Shown here one piece after another: positions 39,405 through 52,742 of a stretch of DNA of 64,000 bases (position 1 is the first letter of the stretch; each line of letters opens with the position of its first letter). The position numbers and the translations under genes are program-made. This DNA is from Tubulanus polymorphus. Taxonomy: Eukaryota > Animalia > Nemertea. The stretch spans positions 1,449,950-1,513,949 of the forward strand of contig NC_134026.1 of NCBI RefSeq assembly GCF_964204645.1, given 5' to 3'. The notes under the pieces are model-generated. The model was not told the DNA's origin. It did no database searches and was given only the letters and a program-made list of their open reading frames with translations.

Positions 39405-42400
39405 TTAAACAGCCCATTTACGCGACTGTAACGCCGATAATTGACTTGCAGCGATTGTTCCGTGAGATTGAGAGTAGCTGCCGTAAACTGATTTCGGAGC
39501 TCCCGTTGATGATGTATTTCTAGTATTTTCGTACTGTCGACGACCGTACACCGGTTTCACGCGTGATTGATCTTTAGAAGATGACGTCGGGCGTTGATTC
39601 GGCATCTAGAAAAATATAACCATAGCGTCGCATGAATATAAATAACAGTTTTTAAACAGATATCCCCTCAATATAGCGAGCAATCCAAAAAACAGAATAG
39701 CAATGGCATTCTAGTGTGTGGGGAGGCTACATGGTTTAAAGGCTAAGCAATATTCTGAGTTATCATTTATGTACAAGGGCAGATTGCGGGTTCCTCAATA
39801 ATCTGAATTGCCCTCCTTGAAGAAAGCAGAAAAAAATTGAGTGACTTCGAAAAGTTCTGAAAGAAAAATTCTGAGCACACCAGGGGCCGATTCAAGGGGT
39901 TCCCAGGGTGTCTGGAGGAATATCCCCTCCGAGTAACCCTACGTCGCTTAATCAGTCTAAATTGTACCCACAAACAGCCCTTGACGTATCTAATCATTTA
40001 AAGTACACCAAAAAATGTAACATATATCGCAAACAAAAAGCGAAAACTATAACCTGAAAAATAGCACGTAACCCAGAATCATTTAATCACGTTGCAGAAA
40101 ATAGTGTTTTTCAAAGCTTGAACTTGGGTCACAGCAATGATTGGTGTTAGTGAGTGATGGAGGCTGAATGTAAAAACACTGTGTCGTCACTTAAATTAAA
40201 CTAGTGTTTTAAGTTAACACTACTTACAGTTAAATATACATGTAGTCAGAATTTACTAGTCTACATAAGTGAGCACTGAAATAGTCATTTTGATTACGAG
40301 TATTATATTCAAGTTGTTTCGACAGTAGGAAATGAAAGACTGCAGGTAATCGAGATATCATCATATTTTCAACGCAGTGAACTCGCCTAGCCTAGTGTGA
40401 TAACTCAAATTCATAAATACATGTATTAGATACAAATCAGGAATGCTCGACCTAGGAGGGTGAATTGAATTCATCATGCAAAATCAGCACAAAAATTAGC
40501 AACCATAGGCATACATACAGTTTCATTCATAGATTTCAGATATCACAAAGACTAGGGATGCTACTAGTTTGCAGAGAACACATTTATTAGACACACACAC
40601 ACAGATATACAGCAAAACCTCCATTAAATATATACTGGGTACATGAACCACTACATAGAATAAAAGCTACGAAAAAAAAGATATAGAAGTAAAAGTTATT
40701 TCTGAAATACGACTCAATTTCAAATATGAAATAGTTCAACTAGAATCAGCTACTACGATTAATATCTAATACACACACATCATACGAAGAAAGATTATTA
40801 AAATAGTCTAAAATCATTAGGAAAACAAAGCGTTCTGTAGCCCCCACCACAGTAAAGCACGGTCTGGATTAGTTATTGAATATTTATATCTATTTTTTGG
40901 AAGGCTGCTTACTGGAGGTAACACACGGGACCGTCTAGAATACGGAGTCATCAGATAATCTATATAACTGTTATCCTGTGCGTCCTGCGATTTCTACAAA
41001 CAAAAATCAAGTCTTAGCAACATAATGCTACATATATACATCAATACACAGACACAGTGTTTATGGACACAGTCTCTCTCGAGAAATTGATTAGAAGTCA
41101 CCACCACAGATAGGAGTGAGTGAATTGCCAAGCAACATGCAGAAAAACATGAAATAAACAAGTGAACAGTGATCAACAAACCACAGCAACCAGTTCAACA
41201 GCCCTTCACACTCACAAATTACTTCACAACCGTGGAACTGGTTCCTGACCCTTAACTCAAAGTTTTAGGGGCTGGTCATAAAGTATTGGTACATCCCCTA
41301 ATTACACAATATAATCAAGAGTAAATAAATAGTCCATTTCTATATATAATGTCAATCGATATTCAAAGATAAATTCCCTATTTCTTTTACATGCAACGAT
41401 TACAGGTTTCCTGTAGGACCGACAATTTCAGATTTGATCGGCTTTGAGGGTATGAAATTTGAGGAATGTTTAGAATAAACTATAGACTTCAGTAACTGTT
41501 CCCGAACTGCTGAGCCTAGAATGTTTTGAAGGGGTGAAGCTCTGAAGAAATTGGAATGGTTACTTTTTTGAAAAAAGGCAGACCTTGGCCACATTATCAT
41601 CAAGCAAAACTCACCAGTCTCGAACTATTGACCATTAACCCACTACTCGCCGCAGGTCTATGATCATCTCTCGTGATAACGGGGTTTGACGTCGTACGTG
41701 AGAATGACGTGTATTGTCGCGCGTACGTCTTCGGTTCCGTCGCTCGGTTACCGGCACCGACTACTGGCGCTGACTGTTGACGTCTCGCACTTCCGTTCGT
41801 ATGAGCCATATAATTCGGTGGATTTGAGGTTGTCTATAGTGAAAGCGGAGACGAACATTTCAAAATCATTGAAAAACTTCAGCTAAATTATGGTTATCAT
41901 TGTAACCAATATAAAGATTCTTTCTCAAAACGTAGCTAAGATCTAAAATCGTACAGGGTAGCCACACCCCCCATTTACGTTCCCTGGGTTTTCCCAAAAC
42001 GCCAATATCCAATTCGATGATTCATTTGTAGCGACTTACATCTTTTGTTCCTGAAGCTGCAGCTTTGATATTTTCGTAACTGCGTTGTCTTGATATAGGA
42101 CGATACGGTCGCGTGTGGTTGTGTTGAGGGGGAGTGTGAACGGTTCGACCGAATGCTACTCCTACAAAAAAATAATGTATCATTTTTCCTTCAACTAAAT
42201 CACAACCATGAAATCTCTTTAATCATTGCTTTAACTGGAATTTATGAGTTTTGATAGATAACTAGATGAGTTCCATATGAATCATGTATCTTATGATGAT
42301 GATGATCACTATTTCCACCTTGCCAGTCCTTAAACCCAAGCGTCATAACCCAAATATTGAATCAAAAATTCTCCACGATACAATTTTGAATATCTGTAGC

Positions 42401-45400
42401 ACATTTGAGACAAATTTCAAGACAGAAGCAGAAAATTTTATAACAAAAAGTTAAATACCCGATTAAAACCAAACGAATTCAAAAGATTAAAACGCAATCT
42501 CTTTATTGAGAATTTACATCAAAAGACACAACCTTTCAGATTCTCGTTGTGCCTTTTGATTTTGTTTTTTATCTTTAAAATTTGTTAATAGAGGGATTTA
42601 ATCCGATAATCTATAGTCCAAGTCAGGAGTGAACGAGTTATCCTATTACATCATACTCACTATCACCGTATGAATTATTTTGTGTTGTTTGTTGTTGTTG
42701 TTGAACGGGTCGAGTAACTTTAGGAGCTGGTTCCGTCGTTTGCCTGCTGTAATCATTCACTGGAGTCGCAGATCTAGAATTCGACGATTGATACGTCGTC
42801 GTGTGAAGTTGTTCGGGTTCTTTTTGCGGCGTTTCTTTACGCGTTCGTTCGACCTCCGTACGTCGTCTTCGTCTACGATCGGCTTTCTTTTGTAGAATCA
42901 TCTGAAATTCATTTAACCACAAATTCCGTTTAACCCTTTCAGTGCTGAATTATTAATAGCCTATAGTGCTGGAGATAATTTGAAAATTTTGAAAAATTCC
43001 ATCTTAGTGTGTGGAACAACGGGAATACCACTATAGTGCGTCTACACCGCAGCGCGGTGTATCATTAGTTACTAGTATTTCACTATGTTTGACAGGTGCT
43101 GCCATCTTTCAAGAGAGATAATTACTAATTACATCAATTGCGGTGTACTAACAAAATCCATCACTGATTTATACACCGCACTGCGGTGTAGACGCACTGA
43201 AAGGGTTAAAACGTTTAATTGTTGCCATGTCAACCATCCCCTAGACTTCCGAGTTAAGAGGACAGGATAGGATGTACTCAACTTTGCCGGCACCTACACG
43301 CGACTTCATTTGAAAGGCATTCCTTTACCTCGTATAGTTTATTCCTGTATTCAGATACCGTCAGTTGTACGTCATCATTGAGAACAGGAATTACATCAGC
43401 GTCTAGTGATATCTCTTCAGGTTTATTGTGAAATCTATACAGCAAAACAATAATACGAAACAATGAACAAATACTTCATCTTAAAGCGTACATTAGACAA
43501 CGACTTGAAACGGAATCATATTTTTACCTTGCAACATACGGATGTCTTAAGGCGTCTTCAGCAGTTATTCGTTTATCGGGATTGAAATGTAATAACTGTT
43601 TGAGAAGATCCATAGCATCACTCGATCCATCCGGCAATAAAGCATCTATTGATTTACGCGGTCTATAAAATATTCATAATAAAAAAAAGAACGTGAAATC
43701 AACTCTAAAGAGAGATGACGAGACCGTTTTTAACAAACTTTTCAAACTCGTACCTTTTGGAAGCCCTGTCTAATACAGACGCACCATACGCAGAATTTAT
43801 ACTGTCAATATCTAGAAAAAGCATTAACAAATATGATAAACTCGGGTCTTTCTGCAAATACTCGATGAATTGCTCCGAGTTTGTTTTTTTTACCTGCTCT
43901 GGTAGGAAGATTAATCGTGCTCATAATCTTCTCAATTTGATTCAAAGTCGACGTCCCCGGAAATAACGGTTTGCCTAATATCAATTCGCCTAATATACAC
44001 CCTAAACTCCACATATCAACGCCTTTAGTGTACCTGGGATAAAAACAAGAAAAACTTATAATAACACATTCAGACTCGCCTAAGTCATCGCACGTAATTA
44101 TTTTTTCCAGTTCAATGTACTTAAGTCATCAAAATAATGATGGTCCCCCAAATATTATTATCTCAGTTTGACTGCACTTACAAAACCATGGTCCAATTTT
44201 GACTACCTCACCAAAGATTTAGTGTACTAGGAAATTAACTCCACAAATTTGCCTCATACAACATTTCAAAAGTTTTCAAACTTTGACTCTTTACTGCCCA
44301 TCTTTCACAAGGGAATCTCTGATTTGAGTGGCCCGCCTCATGTATCTGCCTCATATTTATACATACTTGTGAGATGCTAGCAGAATTTCTGGAGCTCTGT
44401 ACCACCGCGTAGCGACGTATTCCGTTAGATTTGGGTCAACACCGTCTTCGATATGGAGCTGAGTTAACGATCGAGCCAATCCGAAATCACAGATCTTTAC
44501 GAAACATTCACTATCTAACAATACGTTAGACGGCTGTAAATAAATTATACAAATTACATAATTAAGAATTCATGGCATATCAGGGGTATCTTATAGGCTC
44601 TTAAAGGTCGGGTAAGATTTGGTTTCCCTGATATTCCCTGACCATCTATCAATACCAAGAAAATAACAATCATAAGATATCCTCAGCGAGGGTTATTTCT
44701 TATCAAAAGGTTCCTGATGTCTCTCGGTGCCAGCAAGAAGAACGACTAGACACCAAATATTCAAATTCCGTGATTTTCAAGAAAAATTTCCAGAATTCCC
44801 TTATATCCCTGATCTGTAAGAACCCTGCATATCTGAAATACTTCCATAATTTTCTATTCAACCAGCCGCAAGCTATGGTCAACTTTCGACTCAAGTGAAT
44901 TCTATAATCATTCTAGCGCGGAATGATACAAACGTAGCTCGACCTTACCTTCATGTCTCTATGAATGACGTTTCCCGAATGCATGTATTTCACAGCTTTA
45001 AACAACTGATACATAACGTAGCGTTTATGAACATCTTTCAGAATACTGCCTCTTTTGATAACATTGTGTAAATCCGTATCTAAAATTAATTGAAATCACT
45101 CTCATAACTTTGTATTCTTTATGTACAAAGCAATTATCAGCTGATTTTCGGAGGAGTGGATGTAATAACGACAGGGATGGCGGCCGCTCCATTAAAACCT
45201 CACATGGAGAACACTGATTTAACATATATTCATCACATACCCATAAATTCAAACACTAAATAAATGTCTTTGTCATTTTCAGCCTTGATAACGTTGTGCA
45301 GTTTGATAATATTTGGATGATCACCGAATTCTTGCAGGAACATAATTTCCCTAAACGTCCTCTGAAAATATGAGAAAAGAAACAGATATAAAGTCAGATA

Positions 45401-46560
45401 CAGTTTTTCTCCGAGGGCTCCTTCAATTGTTTACACGCGCTATTGACCAAAGTCAGGTAAGTCAAAGTAGACACAATCACATAGATGAAATTTGGCTCAT
45501 GCCAGATTATTGCGTGTGAATGCTAACTGGTTCTGTGACTCCATTCGCTTGCCACAGCATCGTTGAGATTTAAGTAACGAGTGAGTGATTTACATGTGAA
45601 CGCGCTCTATGATTAGGCACGGGTCAAATTTTACTCCAGTTTGACCAAGACCACATCTATCATCTCTTATGCAATCGCAGCTATGGTGATTTAACCCTCA
45701 CTAAAACCAAGACAGTACATAGGCCTAATACACATATGCACTATTTATAACTTAAATCTATCACTTGTAACCTACCTGAGCATCAGTTTGGTTGCGGAAG
45801 GCATCAAAGATTTTCTTTACAGCTACAACTTCATTTGTTCGTTTATCAATTGCCTTCCAAACTATTCCATAAGCCTACAACAAATAGAGAAACAATGTTC
45901 ATCATCAACAAACAAGAGATTCCAGTTTTCTGTTAGTTCGACAGTATTTTCGGATACCGAGAGAGTATTGTGTGGTAAATTAGTCAGTAACCTGCGTTGT
46001 AGTTTCACATAAACCCATTCGATTATAAAAGCTTACCACCAACGTTTAGTGTGGTACAATATTAAATCTGTAGTAATCTCACATCCGGGTTACCCCAAGT
46101 CTAGAATAAAGGCCACTGATGTCACTATGAGAAGAGTTGACCAGTGAAATTGATCAAGGTTGGTTCCAGGACTTTGTTTCTGCAAGTTGGTCAAGGAAGG
46201 TTTGTAGGCAGGCTACAATTATAAGGCAAGGAAAAGATGCAGCCTACTCCGATGGCGATGTACTCCTCCGCACACGTCACAGAGAAAGTGATAAAATAGA
46301 ATGATTGATAACAGCAACAACAATAAAGAAAGTTTGCGACTTCCGACGCATTCGATCAATTACATAAACCATTTTTTGGAAAAGAATTAATGTCAGTCGA
46401 CGGAGAAGAAGATTAAGAAGCCGAATTCGGAATAGGCCGATCGTTCTACTCAACTAACACAGGCATTTCATGAGCAACAAATATTTGCACCTACCCCCTT
46501 GCCAAGTCGCTTTTTTATTTCATAACGCTTGGTTATGTGGGGCTCAATTTCTGAGCTCAT
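39405..46560 (-). CDS. MAPK15: Atypical MAP kinase 15 (ERK7/ERK8)
   Basis: Exons give [22 protein letters not shown] / [33 protein letters not shown] / [19 protein letters not shown] / HRDMK / [24 protein letters not shown] / [16 protein letters not shown]. It has the TEY activation motif and a long low-complexity tail ending [11 protein letters not shown]...RKWAV* (39405-39605). Confidence 0.96.
42930..43209. mobile_element. Non-autonomous piggyBac-type MITE, copy 2 (MAPK15 intron)
   Basis: Same TTAA-CCCTTTCAGTGC / GCACTGAAAGGG-TTAA ends as copy 1. Internal AGTGCGTCTACACCGCAGCGCGGTGTAT is an inverted copy of the right subterminal ATACACCGCACTGCGGTGTAGACGCACT. Confidence 0.9.
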
Positions 46561-46882
46561 TTTCACGAGGTTTGACGAAAAGATCTAAAAGAAATACATC
46601 GAATATAAAAATGTCACTGAGTGGACCGAACAACACCTAATCTCATACTTCCGCGTTAATCCGCGTCGTGATATAGTTTCTGCGTAAATAACTTATTCCC
46701 AAAAGCAAAATCGATATATTTACGATATAGTATTTGTTATTAAGTATTCGCAGTTTTCACGAATATACGTGGAAATATATCTATAGAATGTTATAAATTT
46801 AGTAACGATTATTGTGATTGTGTTAATACATCTGTTAAGTAATTCGCCGTACGCAAAAATCGATGACGTAGTACAAGCGTCA

Positions 46883-46896
46883 GTTACCATGACAAC
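46883..46896. promoter_or_regulatory. RFX X-box upstream of MAPK15
   Basis: GTTACCATGACAAC fits the 14-bp X-box consensus and lies ~320 bp upstream of the MAPK15 ATG. Confidence 0.65.
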
Positions 46897-48236
46897 ATAC
46901 CAGTCCATAAGTGATATACCTCACATGCCAGAGTATGTGTGCTGGTCTATTAGGTGGCGCTACGTAACGATTCGAATTTACAAATTCAGTACGGTATGTG
47001 ACACTGTTCTACTTTCCTGTGCATATATTTTCCTCACCATGAAATAAACGCGAACCTTTACTTACACTTAAACGTGTGGTCTGTAATGTAAATCATTGGA
47101 GAGCCCCTTGTTGGAGTTGGTAATCGATAACCACGCCGCGCGGTATACTGCCGTAATTGACCGATAGTACATTCATGGATCGAAGCTTTCCCTGTAGCAT
47201 GTGCTTGATCGTTAACGTTGTAAATTAATTTCCCGCTGGACTTCATTTATCTCCTCGACTCAGCGTGACCGGCAACACTCCGGACCCGTATCGACATCAT
47301 GTCTAGTCTCGTGCTAGCGTGTCAAGTTCAGTTCAAGCTACGTCCAGGGCCAATATTCGGCATCAGGCAACGGAATGAGAGAGAACGAGTTAACTTGAAT
47401 GGATGAGAAGTTTTGACCAAACTCCTCGACAGCATTTTAATCATATATTGCCAGTGGTTTCCACTTATGACATTTATGACGAAGAAGGATCTGGTGTTCG
47501 ACATGGAGGGACATCATCTGCAGTGTTTTCGTGTTGTCGATATAATTTCTGCGGACAGCAATCGATGGCTACCCGGTAATGCCTTGATTCGATGGCATTC
47601 ACGGACGAAAGAGCCGCCATCTCTACTTTTCTCAGTTCGCCTCTTAGATACAGGTATCGGATTGGTAGGCCTACTTTGTAATGTAGTAAAATCATTTCAG
47701 ATCAACTCCTTCAGTCCATTCGCCCGGTCCAACCACGACCGCGGTTACAAACGGCACTTCAATGGTTAAGACCGGGTCTCCCGATATCGACTACATTGAT
47801 ACTTAATCATCATGCCATTAAGCTATCTTTCTGTTTTCCGTTATCCCCGGGGTTCATTCCCGGTCGGTCAGGGGAAGTCAGATGGCGATAAATCAAGCAA
47901 AGCGCCGCGGTTTACTGATAAATGTCCATGCGATGGGCCAAAACAGACAGTCGTAACTCACGCCACCGGTATATTTATTTTCAAACGATACTTATTTGGA
48001 TATATCGGGGTTTTCACTAGTGGTGTTTAACTGGCCGCATTTTTGTCTTATCAGACAAGCGATAAAGACAAGTCCGAGCAAATTTGTAGCTTGTCACTGA
48101 TTTACGGTATGTCGATTAGAACGATGCGATATGTATAGTCGCTGTCCATGCATTTGGTAAAAAGAATATTCTAAATCCGGGAATTATCATGAGACTGAGT
48201 TCAAGATATGGATGATAACGTACATATATAGCAGAA

Positions 48237-48821
48237 ATGTTTAAAATGACGGATTTGTGTAGACGAAGTTTGCAGTTTTATTGCGGATATATATTCGTTG
48301 TATTGTCTATCGTGAACTTAGGATTCTGTATTCCGCTAGGGCTGAGTTCCCCTGTGCATACGGCTGGAATGATCGTGTCTGGTTGTCTGACAACCGTTCT
48401 TACCGCCATCGCTGGAATTAACATGATAATATTCATTACGATTCATAGAAATACGATCCGAATGAAAACGTCTGTGATGGTGATGTCCATAATTTCCGCT
48501 ACAGGAGTTATACCTACTTTAGCATATACGTGTGCCTTGATGACTTTAGTATCGGACGAAACCTCGCTAAACGCCGAAATTGATAACACTGAATCGGTTC
48601 CTTTAGATATCGGTGTGAACATTGCGCATATAACGGTACTTCTCACAATATTTATTACCTCTCTCGCCGAGGCTATTGTATTTTGCAGAAACTTTTGTGG
48701 TTTTGATTCTATAAACTCTGTTCAGCCGCTACAAGATCAGCGCGATTCTCGACGAAATCGAGCTCAACTGGGCCCGTACACAATTACACAGATGATGAGT
48801 TTGGAAGCTGAAGTGCGGTAG
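48237..48821 (+). CDS. Intronless four-TM protein, MS4A/CD20-like
   Basis: 194-aa ORF with four hydrophobic segments, VMSIISA in TM3 and a Cys pair (AIVFCRNFC) after TM4. AATAAA at ~48953. The family call is from pattern only. Confidence 0.65.
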   Translation: MFKMTDLCRRSLQFYCGYIFVVLSIVNLGFCIPLGLSSPVHTAGMIVSGCLTTVLTAIAGINMIIFITIHRNTIRMKTSVMVMSIISATGVIPTLAYTCALMTLVSDETSLNAEIDNTESVPLDIGVNIAHITVLLTIFITSLAEAIVFCRNFCGFDSINSVQPLQDQRDSRRNRAQLGPYTITQMMSLEAEVR

Positions 48822-49650
48822 AAAAATAAGTGTTGGTTGTGCAGTTCTGGTTTTGTGTGTATCATCCATCGATTAAGTTCACACTATTCTGAGTCTATAT
48901 CAATTGAGTTATTTTTACACGCATTTATTGCAATCAAGTGTTTCTAAAACATAATAAAAAAAATGAATGAACAACGTATATTACGAATAATCAAATTGTT
49001 GTCATCGTGGTTTAATGTAAAGACTCGATTATTTCAACGGGGCCAGATTTTTAATGGTGCTATTTAATTCCTACAGAGGTGAAACAGTGAACCCATAATG
49101 GAAATGTGTTAGGTCGTTAGCTAACAACAGTGATGTGAATTTGAATGTGGGAACGGATATGTTTCAGGTATTCAGTTGCAGTTATTTTATAGTCGTTGAT
49201 AACACTAGAATCAGTCATTTGCTCGCGAGTTATAATTGCTTTATTATCGCTATGAACATTGAATGATGCGCACCTACCTCACAAAACGCAATAAATGTGA
49301 AGTACGGATAGGTAAATGACGCATTTTCCTCCCGAATTTACATCGAAAGGAAACATACATATTCACCCCTCCCAGATAGATGTAGATATACGCTGATTAT
49401 TGAGGGACACATTACTTCATATTATAACTGTTCAATAATCATTAAACTGATAATCAGGGATCATTCGATATTCATACTAACCCAGTAGCGCGGAAACTGG
49501 CACATGTTTTATGTGATTATAGTGTAAATCCGTTGCATCATGGGATGTATCAGAAATGTTATTACGCTGCTTATTATGTTTATTTGTTTATGAATATTGC
49601 GTTTAGTTATTATTACTTTTGTTTGCTTTTGGCTGTCGACAGTTGACTGG

Positions 49651-52600
49651 ATGTCGTCATCTGTTCGAATCGACACCGAATTCGCAATCTCGCCCGCGTG
49701 CAACATCCACCGCGATGACATATCAGCTATCAGCCGATCCGATGTCGCGTTAGAAATGGATAGACACATGCGGAAACGGGGTATTAAGTCCGTTATTGGC
49801 GAGTATGCAAATGAAACCAATTTTCACGGCTTTAGATATATAATTCATGCGGCTTCACCTGTTGCCAGGTAAGTTTTTGAAAATATATTTTGAAAAAATG
49901 GTTTTTGGAATTCATACCAAATTTAACCTATCGTAATCATTTAACTCTGTCAAATATAGTCATCACAACGATGAAAGCAATTAGATTGGCCAAATCAGTA
50001 TGGATTTTGTCGAGTTTATCGTTTTTGCAAAGCAGAATCTGATCATAAACAGGTTAATAAAACATGAATGCGTACCTATAAGTCTGCCGTCTGTATTAGG
50101 CGGATCAAAACAGATTTCCATGAGCCATGACGGTAAAAACTTAGATTAGACCGAGAGAACGAATCTCAAATTACTCTCAATAATTCAGGTATCGCATGTT
50201 TTTTTTTCTGGTAGTTGTTGTCATTTACGTATTTGCGACACAGACGGCATCTGATCCTTCCATATAGAATCGTGAATAGTGTATATAAAATACGAAGTAA
50301 TGGAAATGATACCATCCGTTTCCTGAAACTATCATTTTATAGCTTTTTTTTCTGAAGCGGTTATCCATTGCATCTATTGTATATCTCGTTTATTTTAGAG
50401 CCCGACATATGTCACAGTATCTAGCTTCCTAACTCAAGTTCAAGTTATTGTCTACTATTTAACGCTCCGCTGAGCTAAATTAAATTGACATCTGTTGAGA
50501 CAAGCTCTAGCCAGAGTTATCCTGTACTGAGTTTCTCATCGTATTTCTGATGTCGACTGTAATTTGGGAGCTTCGAAAACGCGGCACATACGTACAAATT
50601 TCAAACAAAGGTGTTAGTTTCCCCTCTCTTTTAGCTTTTGGGATATTTACATAAGAGTTCAAAAATTCAATCGAGAAATATTCTAATCTATTTTGACTCT
50701 AAGAAATTATATAGGTTTCGACGTGGAAGTAAGAAACTACAATATGAGCAATATCAACCCGGTGAATGTTAACCCTCGCAGAAGAAGCAACAGTTACTGA
50801 CTTTCATTCCAGTCACAGTCGATGGTGCAAATCGCCAATAAGACGAACACTTACTTATATAAATCTGTATCGTTACTGATGAGAATAGCCATTACCGAGA
50901 GCAATTAACATCCCACGTGCTACATAGATTTCATTGTATAATGGTATCTTTCCATGTAGACAGTCATGTTTCCCTTTTGTCGATCGTTGCTGCAGGGAGA
51001 TGGGAGTACCTCCCTGGTTGCTCGAACGGGATCCTACCCGGGGTACTGTGTCGTAGAAAACGATTTTCACCCACGGAATAGAAATTCGCGTTGCAAAACG
51101 GTAATTAAGATGGCGATGAAAAGGATATGAATAACCCTCCAAATGACCAAAAATCATCACGATGCTTTAAATAATGAAGATAGGGCGATATATTCGATTT
51201 CGACATGCAGAAGAAGGTTTTCTATTTTCATTGCTGGAATAGGAAATCCTGTACCATCGTCGCCTAATGAAGAATACGATAGTTTGGTTTATCTTTTGAG
51301 TCTAGGGTTCCTAGGGATCAATAACCCCATTTACAATATATTAATTCCGTCAACACATCGTATATATGCAAATGAAGCAGTTCAGTTCTCAATCATCTGT
51401 ACTTTCGACCCACTACTGCTAGTTCACTAAAGACTTGAATAAATGCTCCGCAATGCTTGTAAATACTGGACATCCGTCTTGAATGTGATATAAAATCGAC
51501 ATCAGTTATATCGAATGAGACAACGGAATTCTAACAAGTTATGATTTCATATTGATGGCTTGATGAGAATATCCAACTGAAATCACTGCTATAGCTTATC
51601 GATCTAGTCAAATATATATTTGAAATATAATATTGATTAAATGAATTCCAAAAATTCGGCCAGAATCAGAAGGAAGGCGACGAGAAATGCAAAATCAATA
51701 TTATTTTCTCTAAAGGATAATTCGTTCAGTTTAGACGAGATGACGTGAATGGTTTTGATGAAGTCGCACAATGGCCGCGATTTCAACCAATTCCCTAGAG
51801 CGCAAATTAATTGGTTTTACAAAAAAAATGTAAATATATTTCGAACGACGAGGAGTATGAAGGAGGAAGTCTTTCGTGTATTGTTGTTCAATCGTATCCT
51901 TGTCGACATGGGAAATGTTGTTTTTGGCATCGTATTCCCTGCGATGAAACAATCATCATTTAGTAGCTTATAATGCCGTGTAGGAAGCTCGTGTACAATA
52001 AGAAACGTTCTGCAAATAGCATATTTGCAATGAATAATAGTTCTTCTCAGAAACATCGGTGACGATTCCTATTTTGTTTGCAGGTTGATTTGGCTGTTGT
52101 TATTTCTGTCAGCTATCGCTGCGTTTTTGTACCAAGTACAGGACAGAGTAAGAATGTATCTGAGTTGGCCTGTCAACGTCAATATCGATATCGCCAGTAA
52201 TTTTTCGCTCATCTTCCCCGCCGTGACAATCTGCAACTCTAATAACTTCAGGTGAGTTTGTCATCTCATTAATCACTGGCTGTGTCGTATTCAACGAGCG
52301 ATTGGCATTCTCGCCACCAATACAACGTTTTTTCTATTCGGTTAAAAATTATGTAACCATAAATAAATAATGTCTCATTGAACGCATTCGCAATCGCTAA
52401 AATTGCTGTAATATAAATCGTGTACACAATAGATATTTTCAAATTTTCAAGTTCAATAACTGCATCTAACAGCTTGGTACTTATTCAGTGAATTTCAATA
52501 GCCGGTATACAGCCCTGTCTCTCCTCACACGTGCTACATCACTGAACGATAATCGTGGTCACGACACACAATCAAATAAAGTCGCTTAAAATACACTAAA

Positions 52601-52711
52601 TTACCCAGTAACGCTCAATCGTTACAGCTACATTTAATAAGTCAATGTACTGAAGATTATTCACTTAAAAAAGCTCAAGCATCTATGAGAATTTCTGCTG
52701 AGTGAACATTG

Positions 52712-52742
<31 letters not shown>

